64,000 nt of DNA, taken from the NCBI GenBank assembly GCA_038245905.1, contig JBBRRY010000019.1:9072-73071 (forward strand). Direction: 5' to 3'. The notes under the pieces were generated by a model. The model did no database searches, was not told the origin of the DNA, and was given only the letters and a program-made list of their open reading frames with translations. The stretch's first letter is position 1. Each line of letters opens with the position of its first letter. The stretch comes from Thermoanaerobaculia bacterium. GTDB taxonomy: Bacteria; Acidobacteriota; Thermoanaerobaculia; UBA5066. The position numbers were made by a program, and so were the translations under genes. Positions 27,525 through 35,961 of this stretch are shown in pieces.

Positions 27525-29962
27525 CTGACTTCCACCGTCGTTCTTGCGAAACCATGGTTCCCTGCGCCGTCCGTGGCCTCGAAGAAGATCTGCCTCGCTC
27601 CCGCGGCACCGGGCGGGACGAAAAGCTCGCCCACCGAGCGCTTCGACGACCGATCCCAACGAAGGGGAACGGGCGGGCCTTCGCCGAGGCGCGCGGCCAG
27701 GAAGACGACGTCCGAATCGGCGCGCACCGAGACACGGAGCGTCCGCCCCGGAGCTGCCGGACCGGGGGGATCGGGAAGGATGACGGGTGGCGTTCCGTCG
27801 ACAACGAGGTACTTCGTCTCGACGAGCGTGCGGCCCGACACGTCGTGGAGAACGATACGGAGAGGCAGCCTTCCGTCGGGCAGACCCTCCGGGACGAGAA
27901 AGCGCCCTTCCCATACGCGGCTGTTCGGGCGGCGCACGAGGTCGACCCGCTTCCCGAAGGGCAGCAGCGCGGAAGCGGAAACGATGCCCGGGTCCGCTTC
28001 GATGCGGATGACCGGATCTCCCGGCTGGATGCGCCGCGGGCGAAGCAGCGACCGTGGCGCGGCAAGGAACGCCGTGTAGGGCGTTACGAACTTGTACCGG
28101 CGCGAGAGGGCGAGGATCTCGTCCACCCACTCGCGCTTCTCACCCTCGAGCTCGATCAGCCTGAGCAGCTCGTCGACGCGCGCGCGCGCCCACCGGCGGG
28201 GAAGGTCGCGCGCCTCGAGCGCCGTCTCGGGGAATGGCGTCGTCACGGAGAGGGGCTCGCCGGAAGCGTCCCTGAGCATGAGAGTGGCCGACGCGAGAGG
28301 AACGGCATACCGTCCAATCCAGCCCGAGAGCGACCCCCGCGCCGGCGGCTGCGTCAACACGGCGTAGACGTCGCGCAGCTTCGGGTCGCCGCCCGAAACC
28401 GTGAACGGAACGTCGCCGCGTTCTCTCCTCGACATGGAGGGTGTCGGCTTCGGCGCGGGTGCGGCCGTCTCGAAGAGACGCCGGTAGAAGAGCGTCGCTT
28501 CGGCCGTCTCGCCCGAGGATGCAGTCGCCGTCGCGAGCGGGAGGAGCGCCGCGGAGGCAACGGCGTAGCTCTCGCGTGTCTCTTCTCCGGTCAGGATCGT
28601 GAAGAGCGGAATGCCCCCGCGCGCGGCGACGAGATCGCCGCTCGGCCCGACGCCGTCCGTGAGGAGGACGATCCGCCCGGACCCTCCCACCGCTTTCGCC
28701 CCGGCCTTTACCGCCGCGGCCACGTCGGTCCCCGGCGCGAGCAGCCGGGCACGGAGGGCGACGAGCGCCGCCTGCCTCGCCGCGGGCGAGGCCGCGACCA
28801 CCCCGGCGGTGTCCGGCGCGGGAGAGCGATCGAAGGGGATGAGAACGAAGCGATCCTTCTCGCTGAGGGAGTCGAGGATCTTCACGAGGGCGCCATAAGC
28901 CGCCTCGAGGCCGCCCCAGCGATGCGAGAGCGAGGTGTCGAACAGGAGGGCGAGCGTGAGTGGCGCTCGGTGGCTCGACTCCGCAGGCCCACTCGCGGCC
29001 GCCGGGCTCGTCGCGCCGGCACCCGGCCGATATTGCAGGAGAAAGAATCCGTCCTTTTCCGGCGGAATCTCCGACGGACGCTCCCAGGGCGCGAGTGCGA
29101 GCCCGTCCGGGAGCGCTCCGGACGGATTCCGGAAGGCGGACACCGTGAGCGGCGCGGAGGACGCCGGGCGGAAGCGCAGGACGACGTCCTTCTCCAGCTT
29201 CACGTTCGTACCGGAAAAGACCGCCTCGTTGCCCGTCCGCGAAAGCTCGAGGCCGCCGCCGACCGGCGGCTCGAGTGTTCCGTCGAGGAGCGTCACGCGC
29301 ACACGCAGGCTCCCAGCGACGGGCGGCTCGCCGTCCCTCGGCCTGAACGCGATGCGAAACTCGCCGACTCCGTCCAGCCAGGGCACCTCCTGCTGGTACT
29401 CGAGCTCGAGGCGCTTCGTGCCGAGCGCGGGAATCGGCGCCACCTTGACCGAGAAGACCGCGCCTCCCGAGGATCGGTCCGCCGCGCGACCGGAGGAGCC
29501 CTTGTCGCGGTCTTCTTCCTCTCCCTGTTGGAGAAGGCCGGGATCGATGCGCTGCGTCGTGAGGTCGCGATAGATCGCGCGCGCCCGCCGCTTTTCGAGA
29601 ATAACGCCGGGAATGCGCGTGAGGCCGTCCCACACCGCGAAGTCCCCGACCGCGCCCGAGGCCGGAAGTGCGAAGCGCCACGTGCCTTCCTGAACGGCCC
29701 CGGTGTGGTTTTCGAAGACCTGCCGCACGTTCACGCGCGCATATCCGCGGACGATTCCCGCATCGATCTCCATGGAACGCAGCGAGAGCACGCGGAGATC
29801 CGGGTGGCCGGTGGACGTCGGAACGAGAAGACCGGTCTGCGAAAGACCCGGAAAAGAGACAGAGATGGTTACAAACAAGAGAACGAACGTGATCGGGAGA
29901 TTTGCAATCTTCCGCTTCCGCCTTGACGGGCTGGCACCGAAGGGTATCTCCAGCAAAGTCAT
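27521..29962 (-). CDS. VIT + vWA domain protein (ITIH-like), exported
   Basis: VIT signature (YARVNVRQVFENHTGAVQEGTWRFALP), MIDAS DTSLS, LLTDG, LSRRYKFVTPYTAFL. Confidence 0.88.
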   Translation of the reverse strand: MTLLEIPFGASPSRRKRKIANLPITFVLLFVTISVSFPGLSQTGLLVPTSTGHPDLRVLSLRSMEIDAGIVRGYARVNVRQVFENHTGAVQEGTWRFALPASGAVGDFAVWDGLTRIPGVILEKRRARAIYRDLTTQRIDPGLLQQGEEEDRDKGSSGRAADRSSGGAVFSVKVAPIPALGTKRLELEYQQEVPWLDGVGEFRIAFRPRDGEPPVAGSLRVRVTLLDGTLEPPVGGGLELSRTGNEAVFSGTNVKLEKDVVLRFRPASSAPLTVSAFRNPSGALPDGLALAPWERPSEIPPEKDGFFLLQYRPGAGATSPAAASGPAESSHRAPLTLALLFDTSLSHRWGGLEAAYGALVKILDSLSEKDRFVLIPFDRSPAPDTAGVVAASPAARQAALVALRARLLAPGTDVAAAVKAGAKAVGGSGRIVLLTDGVGPSGDLVAARGGIPLFTILTGEETRESYAVASAALLPLATATASSGETAEATLFYRRLFETAAPAPKPTPSMSRRERGDVPFTVSGGDPKLRDVYAVLTQPPARGSLSGWIGRYAVPLASATLMLRDASGEPLSVTTPFPETALEARDLPRRWARARVDELLRLIELEGEKREWVDEILALSRRYKFVTPYTAFLAAPRSLLRPRRIQPGDPVIRIEADPGIVSASALLPFGKRVDLVRRPNSRVWEGRFLVPEGLPDGRLPLRIVLHDVSGRTLVETKYLVVDGTPPVILPDPPGPAAPGRTLRVSVRADSDVVFLAARLGEGPPVPLRWDRSSKRSVGELFVPPGAAGARQIFFEATDGAGNHGFARTTVEVR

Positions 29963-31857
29963 TCTCTTTCTCTGTCGTTCTGAAGAGCAATCCTCGCGAG
30001 GCCTTCGTCCGTCCCGACGTAGAGATGCGTCGGCGCGTCCGCCGGCAGAAACGCCAGGCTGAACACGTCCGGCGAGGGAAGCGGGAGATTCAGCTTCTCG
30101 AAGCGCGCGACGCCCGGGTCCGAGCGCCAGAGGCCCTGGCCCTCAGTCCCGATCCAGACGCGCCCGGAGGGATCCGCGAGCATGGCGCCCGCGTTGATCT
30201 TCAGCCCGTCGGTCTCCACGAAACGCTCCCAGCTTTCGCCGCTCCCTTCGCCCCGGCGCCTGACCACGCCGCCGCCGTACGTGGCGACGAGGAGCGAGTC
30301 GCCCGTGTCGCGAAGCGCGGTGATCCACGGGTGCGGGAGCTTTCCCTCCCCCGCCACCACGCGCGCGACGTGGCGGCCGTCGATCCAGCCGAGTCCCGAC
30401 GGAGTCCCCACCCAGAGCCGGCCGTTCGTCGAGGACGCCAGCGCGAACGCCTGGTTGCCCGGCAGGCCGTGGAAAGCCGAGAGCAGCCGCTTCTCGGGAA
30501 GAAGGACTCCCTGGCCATAGCCCACCGCGACGCCCGAGCGCGTGGCGGCGAGCGAGAAAGCGGCTCCGGGATTGCTCTCTTCCCGGGTGGCCACCGGCCG
30601 TCCGTTCTCCAGCCGGACGAGACCCCGCAGCGTCGCAGCCCAGACCGTTCCCCCGGAGGCCAGGAGAGCGTTCACGCCCCATCCGGAGCTGGCGGGAACC
30701 GCGTTCCAGATAAGCCCGTCTTTCATCGCGACGCCTCTTGCGAGACCTCCGTCGAAGAACCCGGCCCAGAGCGTCGTTCCCTCCGCGGCGAGCGCATTGA
30801 CGTGGGGGCGGGGAAGCGAGCCGGGCGCCGCTTCGCGCACGAGGACGAATCCCCGCTCGCGATCGCGCCGCCAGAGCCCGCTCTTTCCGGCCGCGAAAAG
30901 CTCTCCGCGGTCCGCGAAGAGACGCGTGAACGACTCGGGCGTTCCCTCTTCGGTCCGTGACCCGTCCGGCCCGAGCGAGGCCATGCGATTCGTCTCGCGC
31001 TCGGGAAGCATCCGCCAGAGGCCGGCCGTGAGAGCTCCGTGTCCGGCGTCGCCGCCCCGGGGATGAACTGCGAGCGACGGCGTCTCTCCGTGTGGCGAGC
31101 CGTAAGCAATGCCGAGAGGCGTCGCGGCCCAGAGAACGCTCGCGCCCGCGTCGAACGCGAGTTCCTCGATCCAGGGATCGGGTGTGACCACGCGCCGCAC
31201 AGCGCCGCCCGAGGCGGAGACGATGCGGAGCCCCGTCTCGCCGCCCGCAGCGATCTCGCCAGACGGAAGAAGAGCAATCGCCCGGACACTTTCGCCGTCG
31301 ACGCGCTCGATCTCGCTCGAGCCGAACGCAACCCGAAAGAGTCCCTGCCGTGCGCCGACCAGGAGCTCACCACCCTCGGTCTCGACGAGGGCGCGCACGT
31401 CGAGGCGCCCCCAGGACGACGTCGCCTCCTCCGGTCCGCCCTGCGTGAGCCGTCCCCATCCTCCGCGCTCGGCGGCGAAGACCAGCGTCTCCCGCCAGCT
31501 CGCGACCGCCCGCTGGCGGAGGGTGGAGAGCCCCGCGATCGGGTCGAGGCGGCGCGTGCCGTCGGAGAGACCCGCGCCTCCCGCTTCCCAGAGCGCCCCG
31601 CCCACGACGGCGAGAGACGCGATGCTGGCGTCTCCCGTCAACGCGACGGCCGCGGAGGAAGGAGAGACGACCGCCCGAAACAAGAGAGGACGAATGGTCT
31701 CGGCGCGGAGGCGCTCGGGGGAAGCAGCCTCGCGAGTCTTCGCGGCGACGTGCCGGAGCCACAGCGCGCCTGCCGACGCGAGTGCCAGGCAGACGAGACC
31801 CGTCCCGAGGAGCGCGGCTCTTCGAAGACCCTTGAGGGACACGGCGCGGATCTTAAT
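29959..31857 (-). CDS. Membrane-anchored beta-propeller protein (ligand-binding sensor-type propeller repeats)
   Basis: Repeated LWVGT/VWIGTEGQGL/LPxxxVxAL blades; N-terminal TM; start is ATT 31857 (SD GGAGGAGG) or GTG 31842. Confidence 0.8.
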   Translation of the reverse strand: MKIRAVSLKGLRRAALLGTGLVCLALASAGALWLRHVAAKTREAASPERLRAETIRPLLFRAVVSPSSAAVALTGDASIASLAVVGGALWEAGGAGLSDGTRRLDPIAGLSTLRQRAVASWRETLVFAAERGGWGRLTQGGPEEATSSWGRLDVRALVETEGGELLVGARQGLFRVAFGSSEIERVDGESVRAIALLPSGEIAAGGETGLRIVSASGGAVRRVVTPDPWIEELAFDAGASVLWAATPLGIAYGSPHGETPSLAVHPRGGDAGHGALTAGLWRMLPERETNRMASLGPDGSRTEEGTPESFTRLFADRGELFAAGKSGLWRRDRERGFVLVREAAPGSLPRPHVNALAAEGTTLWAGFFDGGLARGVAMKDGLIWNAVPASSGWGVNALLASGGTVWAATLRGLVRLENGRPVATREESNPGAAFSLAATRSGVAVGYGQGVLLPEKRLLSAFHGLPGNQAFALASSTNGRLWVGTPSGLGWIDGRHVARVVAGEGKLPHPWITALRDTGDSLLVATYGGGVVRRRGEGSGESWERFVETDGLKINAGAMLADPSGRVWIGTEGQGLWRSDPGVARFEKLNLPLPSPDVFSLAFLPADAPTHLYVGTDEGLARIALQNDRERE

Positions 31858-32038
31858 GGCTGCCTCCTCCGTTTCGTGAGAAACGCACGGGTCGTGCCGG
31901 CCCACTGGACAGCGCCCGTACTTCTTACGCCGATCCACGTGTTTTCCGTTTCGAAGAAGGTGCACCCCTTTGGAGATTACGGGCCTCGCCGTGTCGTTCT
32001 CGGCGCGCCGCCCCCTGCTAACCTTCCGGCAGACCGTC

Positions 32039-33013
32039 ATGAAGCTCGTCATTCAGATCCCCGCCTGGGACGAGGCGGAACAGATCGGACCCGCACTCGC
32101 GGAGCTGCCTCGCCGCGTGCCCGGGTTCGAGTCGGTCGAGACGCTCGTCGTGGACGACGGCTCGACCGACGACACCGCGGAGGCCGCGCGCCGGGCGGGA
32201 GCGGGCCACGTCGTCCGGCTTCCCATCCACCGTGGACTCGCGTTCGCCTGGCGGGCCGGGCTCGACGCCGCGTTGCGTCTCGGGGCCGACGTCATCGTCT
32301 CGACCGATGCCGACCGCCAGTACGCGGCGGCCGACATCGAGGTGCTCGTCGCGCCGATCCTGAAGGGCAAGGCCGAGATCGTCGTCGGCGACCGCGGCGT
32401 CGCGACGAAGGACGACTTCTCCCCCGGCAAGCGCCTCACACAGCGTCTGGGGTCATGGGTCGTGCGGCGCGTCTCCGGCACCGACGTGCCCGACGCGACG
32501 TCCGGCTTCCGCGCCCTCACGCGCGAAGCCGCGATGCAGCTCAACGTCTTTTCGAAGATGACGTATACGATCGAGACGCTCATCCAGGCCGGCAACAAGG
32601 AGATGGCGGTCGCCTCGGTCCCCGTACGGACGAACCCGCCCGTCAGGCCGTCGCGCCTCATCCGGCGCACGTCGAACTACGTCCTCGTCCAGGGCGCGAA
32701 CATCCTGCGGATCACCGCGCTCTACAAGCCGTTGCCCGTGTTCTTCGGCGCCGCGGCCCTCCTCGCGTTCGCCGGCCTCGCGCTCGTCGCGCGGTACGTC
32801 TGGTTCGTCGCGATGGCTCAGAACCCCGCGGGCCACCTCCAGTCGCTCCTCCTCGCCGCCGTCCTCTTTGTCGCGGCGGTCGTCTGCTTCCTCTCCGGCC
32901 TCCTCGCGGACCTCATCTCGATCAACCGCGCTCTCCTCGAGGAGCTCGTCGTCGAGAAGAGGAGAGATGCTGCTTCGGAGAAAGACAGAGACCCGGGGAT
33001 TCGGATTTCTTAG
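32039..33013 (+). CDS. GT2 glycosyltransferase (polyprenol-phosphate sugar synthase-like) with C-terminal TMs
   Basis: IPAWDE, VVDDGSTD, TDADRQY and DATSGFRA motifs. Confidence 0.9.
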   Translation: MKLVIQIPAWDEAEQIGPALAELPRRVPGFESVETLVVDDGSTDDTAEAARRAGAGHVVRLPIHRGLAFAWRAGLDAALRLGADVIVSTDADRQYAAADIEVLVAPILKGKAEIVVGDRGVATKDDFSPGKRLTQRLGSWVVRRVSGTDVPDATSGFRALTREAAMQLNVFSKMTYTIETLIQAGNKEMAVASVPVRTNPPVRPSRLIRRTSNYVLVQGANILRITALYKPLPVFFGAAALLAFAGLALVARYVWFVAMAQNPAGHLQSLLLAAVLFVAAVVCFLSGLLADLISINRALLEELVVEKRRDAASEKDRDPGIRIS

Positions 33014-33016
33014 AAG

Positions 33017-33979
33017 GTGAGTGAAAGGCGTAAGAAAATCTTCTCGCTGGCCTGTGTTGCGGCCCTCGTCGTGCTCTTCGGCCTCGCATTCCGACACTCT
33101 TCAGCAGAAATCTCTTCCCGTCTCTCCTCCTCGAACCCTCTTCTCATTGCGCTCGGCTTCCTCCTCAATCTGCTCGCGTTCGTGCCGCGTGCGGTGCGCC
33201 TGAATCTCCTGCTGCCGCCGGGCGAAAGCGTTCCGTTTGGGCGCGCGTGGTCGGTCTCGGGCGCGACGACGTTCCTCCTGCAGGTGATGCCTTTCCGGAG
33301 CGGCGAGATCGCCTCATGGGCTTCGATCCGCGCCGTCCTCGGCGCTACGTGGGCCCGGTCGGGCGCGGTCTTCGCGCTCTCGAAGCTCCTCGACACGGCG
33401 ACGCTCCTCCTGACGGGCGTCGCCGGCGCCGCCTGGCTCCTCCTCGCGCGCGGGACGGCCGTCCTCGGGGCGGCCACCGCTGCCGCGTGCGTCGCCGGGG
33501 CCGCCGCACTCGTCTTCCTTCCCACGGTGTCCGGACACCTCGTCGAGCGCCTCGCGCCCCGCCTGCCCGAGGGCAGCCGTCCCCTCGCTTTCGCGGACGA
33601 GCTCGCCCTCGGCCTCGCGGTCGCGCGGCGCGCCCCGGCGCGGTACGCGGGCGCCGCGCTCGCGGCGTTCGCGTTCCTCGGGTTCCACCTCGCGGCGCTC
33701 TGGGTCACGGCGAAGGGCCTCGGCCTGCCGCTCCATCCGGCCGTGCTCTCGGTAGCGCTCCTCGCGTCCATCACGACGGCGGCCGTCGTCCCGTCGCCCG
33801 CCGGAACCTTCGGGCCGTACGAATCGGGTTTCGCCGCCGCGGCCGCGGTGGGAGGCGGACTCCCCCTCGTAGCCGGGGCCGTCCTCGGCGGCCTTCTCCA
33901 CCTCTTGACGACGCTCGCCGCAGGTGCGGCGGGCCTGCCGTTCCTGCTTGGACGGTTGAGAGAGAATCCGCGCCCATGA
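33017..33979 (+). CDS. Lysylphosphatidylglycerol synthase TM/UPF0104 flippase-like protein
   Basis: Multi-TM protein; PFRSGE, KLLD and PSPAGTFGPYE motifs. Confidence 0.8.
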   Translation: MSERRKKIFSLACVAALVVLFGLAFRHSSAEISSRLSSSNPLLIALGFLLNLLAFVPRAVRLNLLLPPGESVPFGRAWSVSGATTFLLQVMPFRSGEIASWASIRAVLGATWARSGAVFALSKLLDTATLLLTGVAGAAWLLLARGTAVLGAATAAACVAGAAALVFLPTVSGHLVERLAPRLPEGSRPLAFADELALGLAVARRAPARYAGAALAAFAFLGFHLAALWVTAKGLGLPLHPAVLSVALLASITTAAVVPSPAGTFGPYESGFAAAAAVGGGLPLVAGAVLGGLLHLLTTLAAGAAGLPFLLGRLRENPRP

Positions 33980-35958
33980 AGGCATCGATGACCCACGCGG
34001 CAATCGTGCTGCTCTTTGCCGCGGCCTTTCCCGCGCATTCGCAGAAATCTCCTTCTTCTCCGAAGCAAAAGATTTCCTCTTTCGGCGCCCTCGAGGCGGA
34101 CTACGTCCGGGCGTTCCTGAACCGGTTCCCGGTCGTCGCGACGTACCTCGGCGCCGAGGGGCTGGACTCCACGTACGCGGTGCTGGACGGCAAGCTGCGC
34201 GACTACTCTCCCGCGGCGCTCCTCGCCGAGCGCGACGAGTGGCGCGGGTTCGAGGCTCGGCTCGCGAAGGTCGACGAGAAGAGGCTGTCCGAGGCCGACC
34301 GCATCGACGCGGCCGTCCTCAAGGCACAGCTCGCATTCCTCGTCCACAATTTCGACCGGCGCGTGCACGAAAAGGCCCTCGACGTCTTCCTCGAGGAGCC
34401 GCTCCGGGGAATCGAATTCACGCTTCAGGGAATGACGCCCGGCGCGGAAGGGGTCCGCGGTACGGCCGCCGAGTGGCGCGGTGTCGCGTTGCGCGCGGCC
34501 GCGGTGCCCGCATACCTGAGGACGGCGCTCGCGAACGTGCGGCGCGGTGCGTCCGGCAACGCGATCCCGGACCGGCGGCTCATTGTGAGCGCTGTCGACG
34601 CGGCCGAGTCGACGGCCGTGTACTTCGAGAAGAGTCTTTCCGAAACGGCCGCCGCCTGGGGCGCCGGCGCCGACACGAGGTCGGCGCTCTCGGTGGGCTG
34701 CCCGGCCGCGGCCGCCGCGTTCCGGGAATTTCGCAAAGGCCTCATGGATCTCTTCTTCGAGGCGGGAGGGAAGACTCTCAAGCCGGCTTTCGACAGGGAT
34801 CGCTTCGCGGCGGGCGAGACGGAGTATTCGTGGGCGCTCCGGAACAACCTGCGGGTCTCCGCGACCCCGCGCGAGCTCCACACGCGAGGCAAAGCGGCGG
34901 TCGTCTCGACGCTGACGCAGATGACGGCGCTCGCGGGCCGGAGCGCTCTCACGCGGGGCTGGTCCGACACGTCGCTCGCCGGCGTCGTCACGAAGCTCGA
35001 GGAGGAGATTCCGAAGACGGACGCCGAAATGCTCGCGTCGTACCAGCAGGCGTGCCAACGGCTCGTCGCCTACGGCAGGAAGACGGGAATGTTCGATCTC
35101 CCGGCCGGCTACAAGCTCGACGTGATCTTCACGCCGCCGCCGCTCCGCAACACGATCGACGCGGCGTACTATCCCGCGCCGCAGTTCAAGTCCGGCGGCG
35201 TCGGGCAGTTCTACGTGACGCCCACCGGCGACGATCCCTCCCTCCTTCGGGACCACGCGCGCGCGGCGGTCGCGTCCCTCGCGGCGCACGAGGGATTCCC
35301 CGGCCACGACTGGTACTACCAGTTCACCCGCGCGCACGCGGCGTCCATCCCGGCGACCCGCTGGCTGCTCCCCGGCGGCATCGAGGACTCCGCCTCGATG
35401 TGGGAGGACGCGCTCTCGTCCGAGGGCTGGGCGCTCTACTGCGAGCAGCTCGTCGGCGAGGCGCGCGAGGGCGCACCCGAAGGCTTCTACACGCCCGAGG
35501 AGCGGCTCTTCCAGCTCCAGAACCAGCTCCTCCGGGACGCACGTGTCGTCGTGGACACGGGCCTCCACTGCGGTTACATGTCCTGGGACGACGCCGTCAC
35601 GTACCTCGCGCGCAACGTGCGCTTCGTGCGCGGGCCCGTCTCGACCGATCCGAAGGTGAACCCGAGCGCGGCGGAGAGAGCGGCCGTCGACGGAATGCAG
35701 AAGGCCGCGTTCCGCTATTCGAAGTGGCCCACGCAGGCGATCACGTACTTCCTCGGAAAGGCCGAGATCCTCGCACTTCGTGAGGAATGCCGCCGGATCG
35801 AAGGTGCCGGCTTCTCCGAGCGGCGCTTCCACGAGGAGTTCCTCCTGGAAGGGCAGATCCCGCCCGGCATGTTCCGCGGCCGGCTCCTCGCGAAGGCACG
35901 GGCCCGCGCGGAAACAACGGGGGCACCGGACGCGGCAAGCGTCGGGATCTCGAGGTGA
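33976..35958 (+). CDS. DUF885 family exported protein (metallopeptidase-like)
   Basis: AHEGFPGH, SEGWALYCE, LLRDARVVVDTGLH and PTQAITYFLG motifs; signal peptide. Confidence 0.88.
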   Translation: MKASMTHAAIVLLFAAAFPAHSQKSPSSPKQKISSFGALEADYVRAFLNRFPVVATYLGAEGLDSTYAVLDGKLRDYSPAALLAERDEWRGFEARLAKVDEKRLSEADRIDAAVLKAQLAFLVHNFDRRVHEKALDVFLEEPLRGIEFTLQGMTPGAEGVRGTAAEWRGVALRAAAVPAYLRTALANVRRGASGNAIPDRRLIVSAVDAAESTAVYFEKSLSETAAAWGAGADTRSALSVGCPAAAAAFREFRKGLMDLFFEAGGKTLKPAFDRDRFAAGETEYSWALRNNLRVSATPRELHTRGKAAVVSTLTQMTALAGRSALTRGWSDTSLAGVVTKLEEEIPKTDAEMLASYQQACQRLVAYGRKTGMFDLPAGYKLDVIFTPPPLRNTIDAAYYPAPQFKSGGVGQFYVTPTGDDPSLLRDHARAAVASLAAHEGFPGHDWYYQFTRAHAASIPATRWLLPGGIEDSASMWEDALSSEGWALYCEQLVGEAREGAPEGFYTPEERLFQLQNQLLRDARVVVDTGLHCGYMSWDDAVTYLARNVRFVRGPVSTDPKVNPSAAERAAVDGMQKAAFRYSKWPTQAITYFLGKAEILALREECRRIEGAGFSERRFHEEFLLEGQIPPGMFRGRLLAKARARAETTGAPDAASVGISR

Positions 35959-35961
35959 TTT

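Noticed and set aside
33010-35832. 940-aa minus-strand ORF
   Set aside because: Shadow of the flippase-like and DUF885 genes
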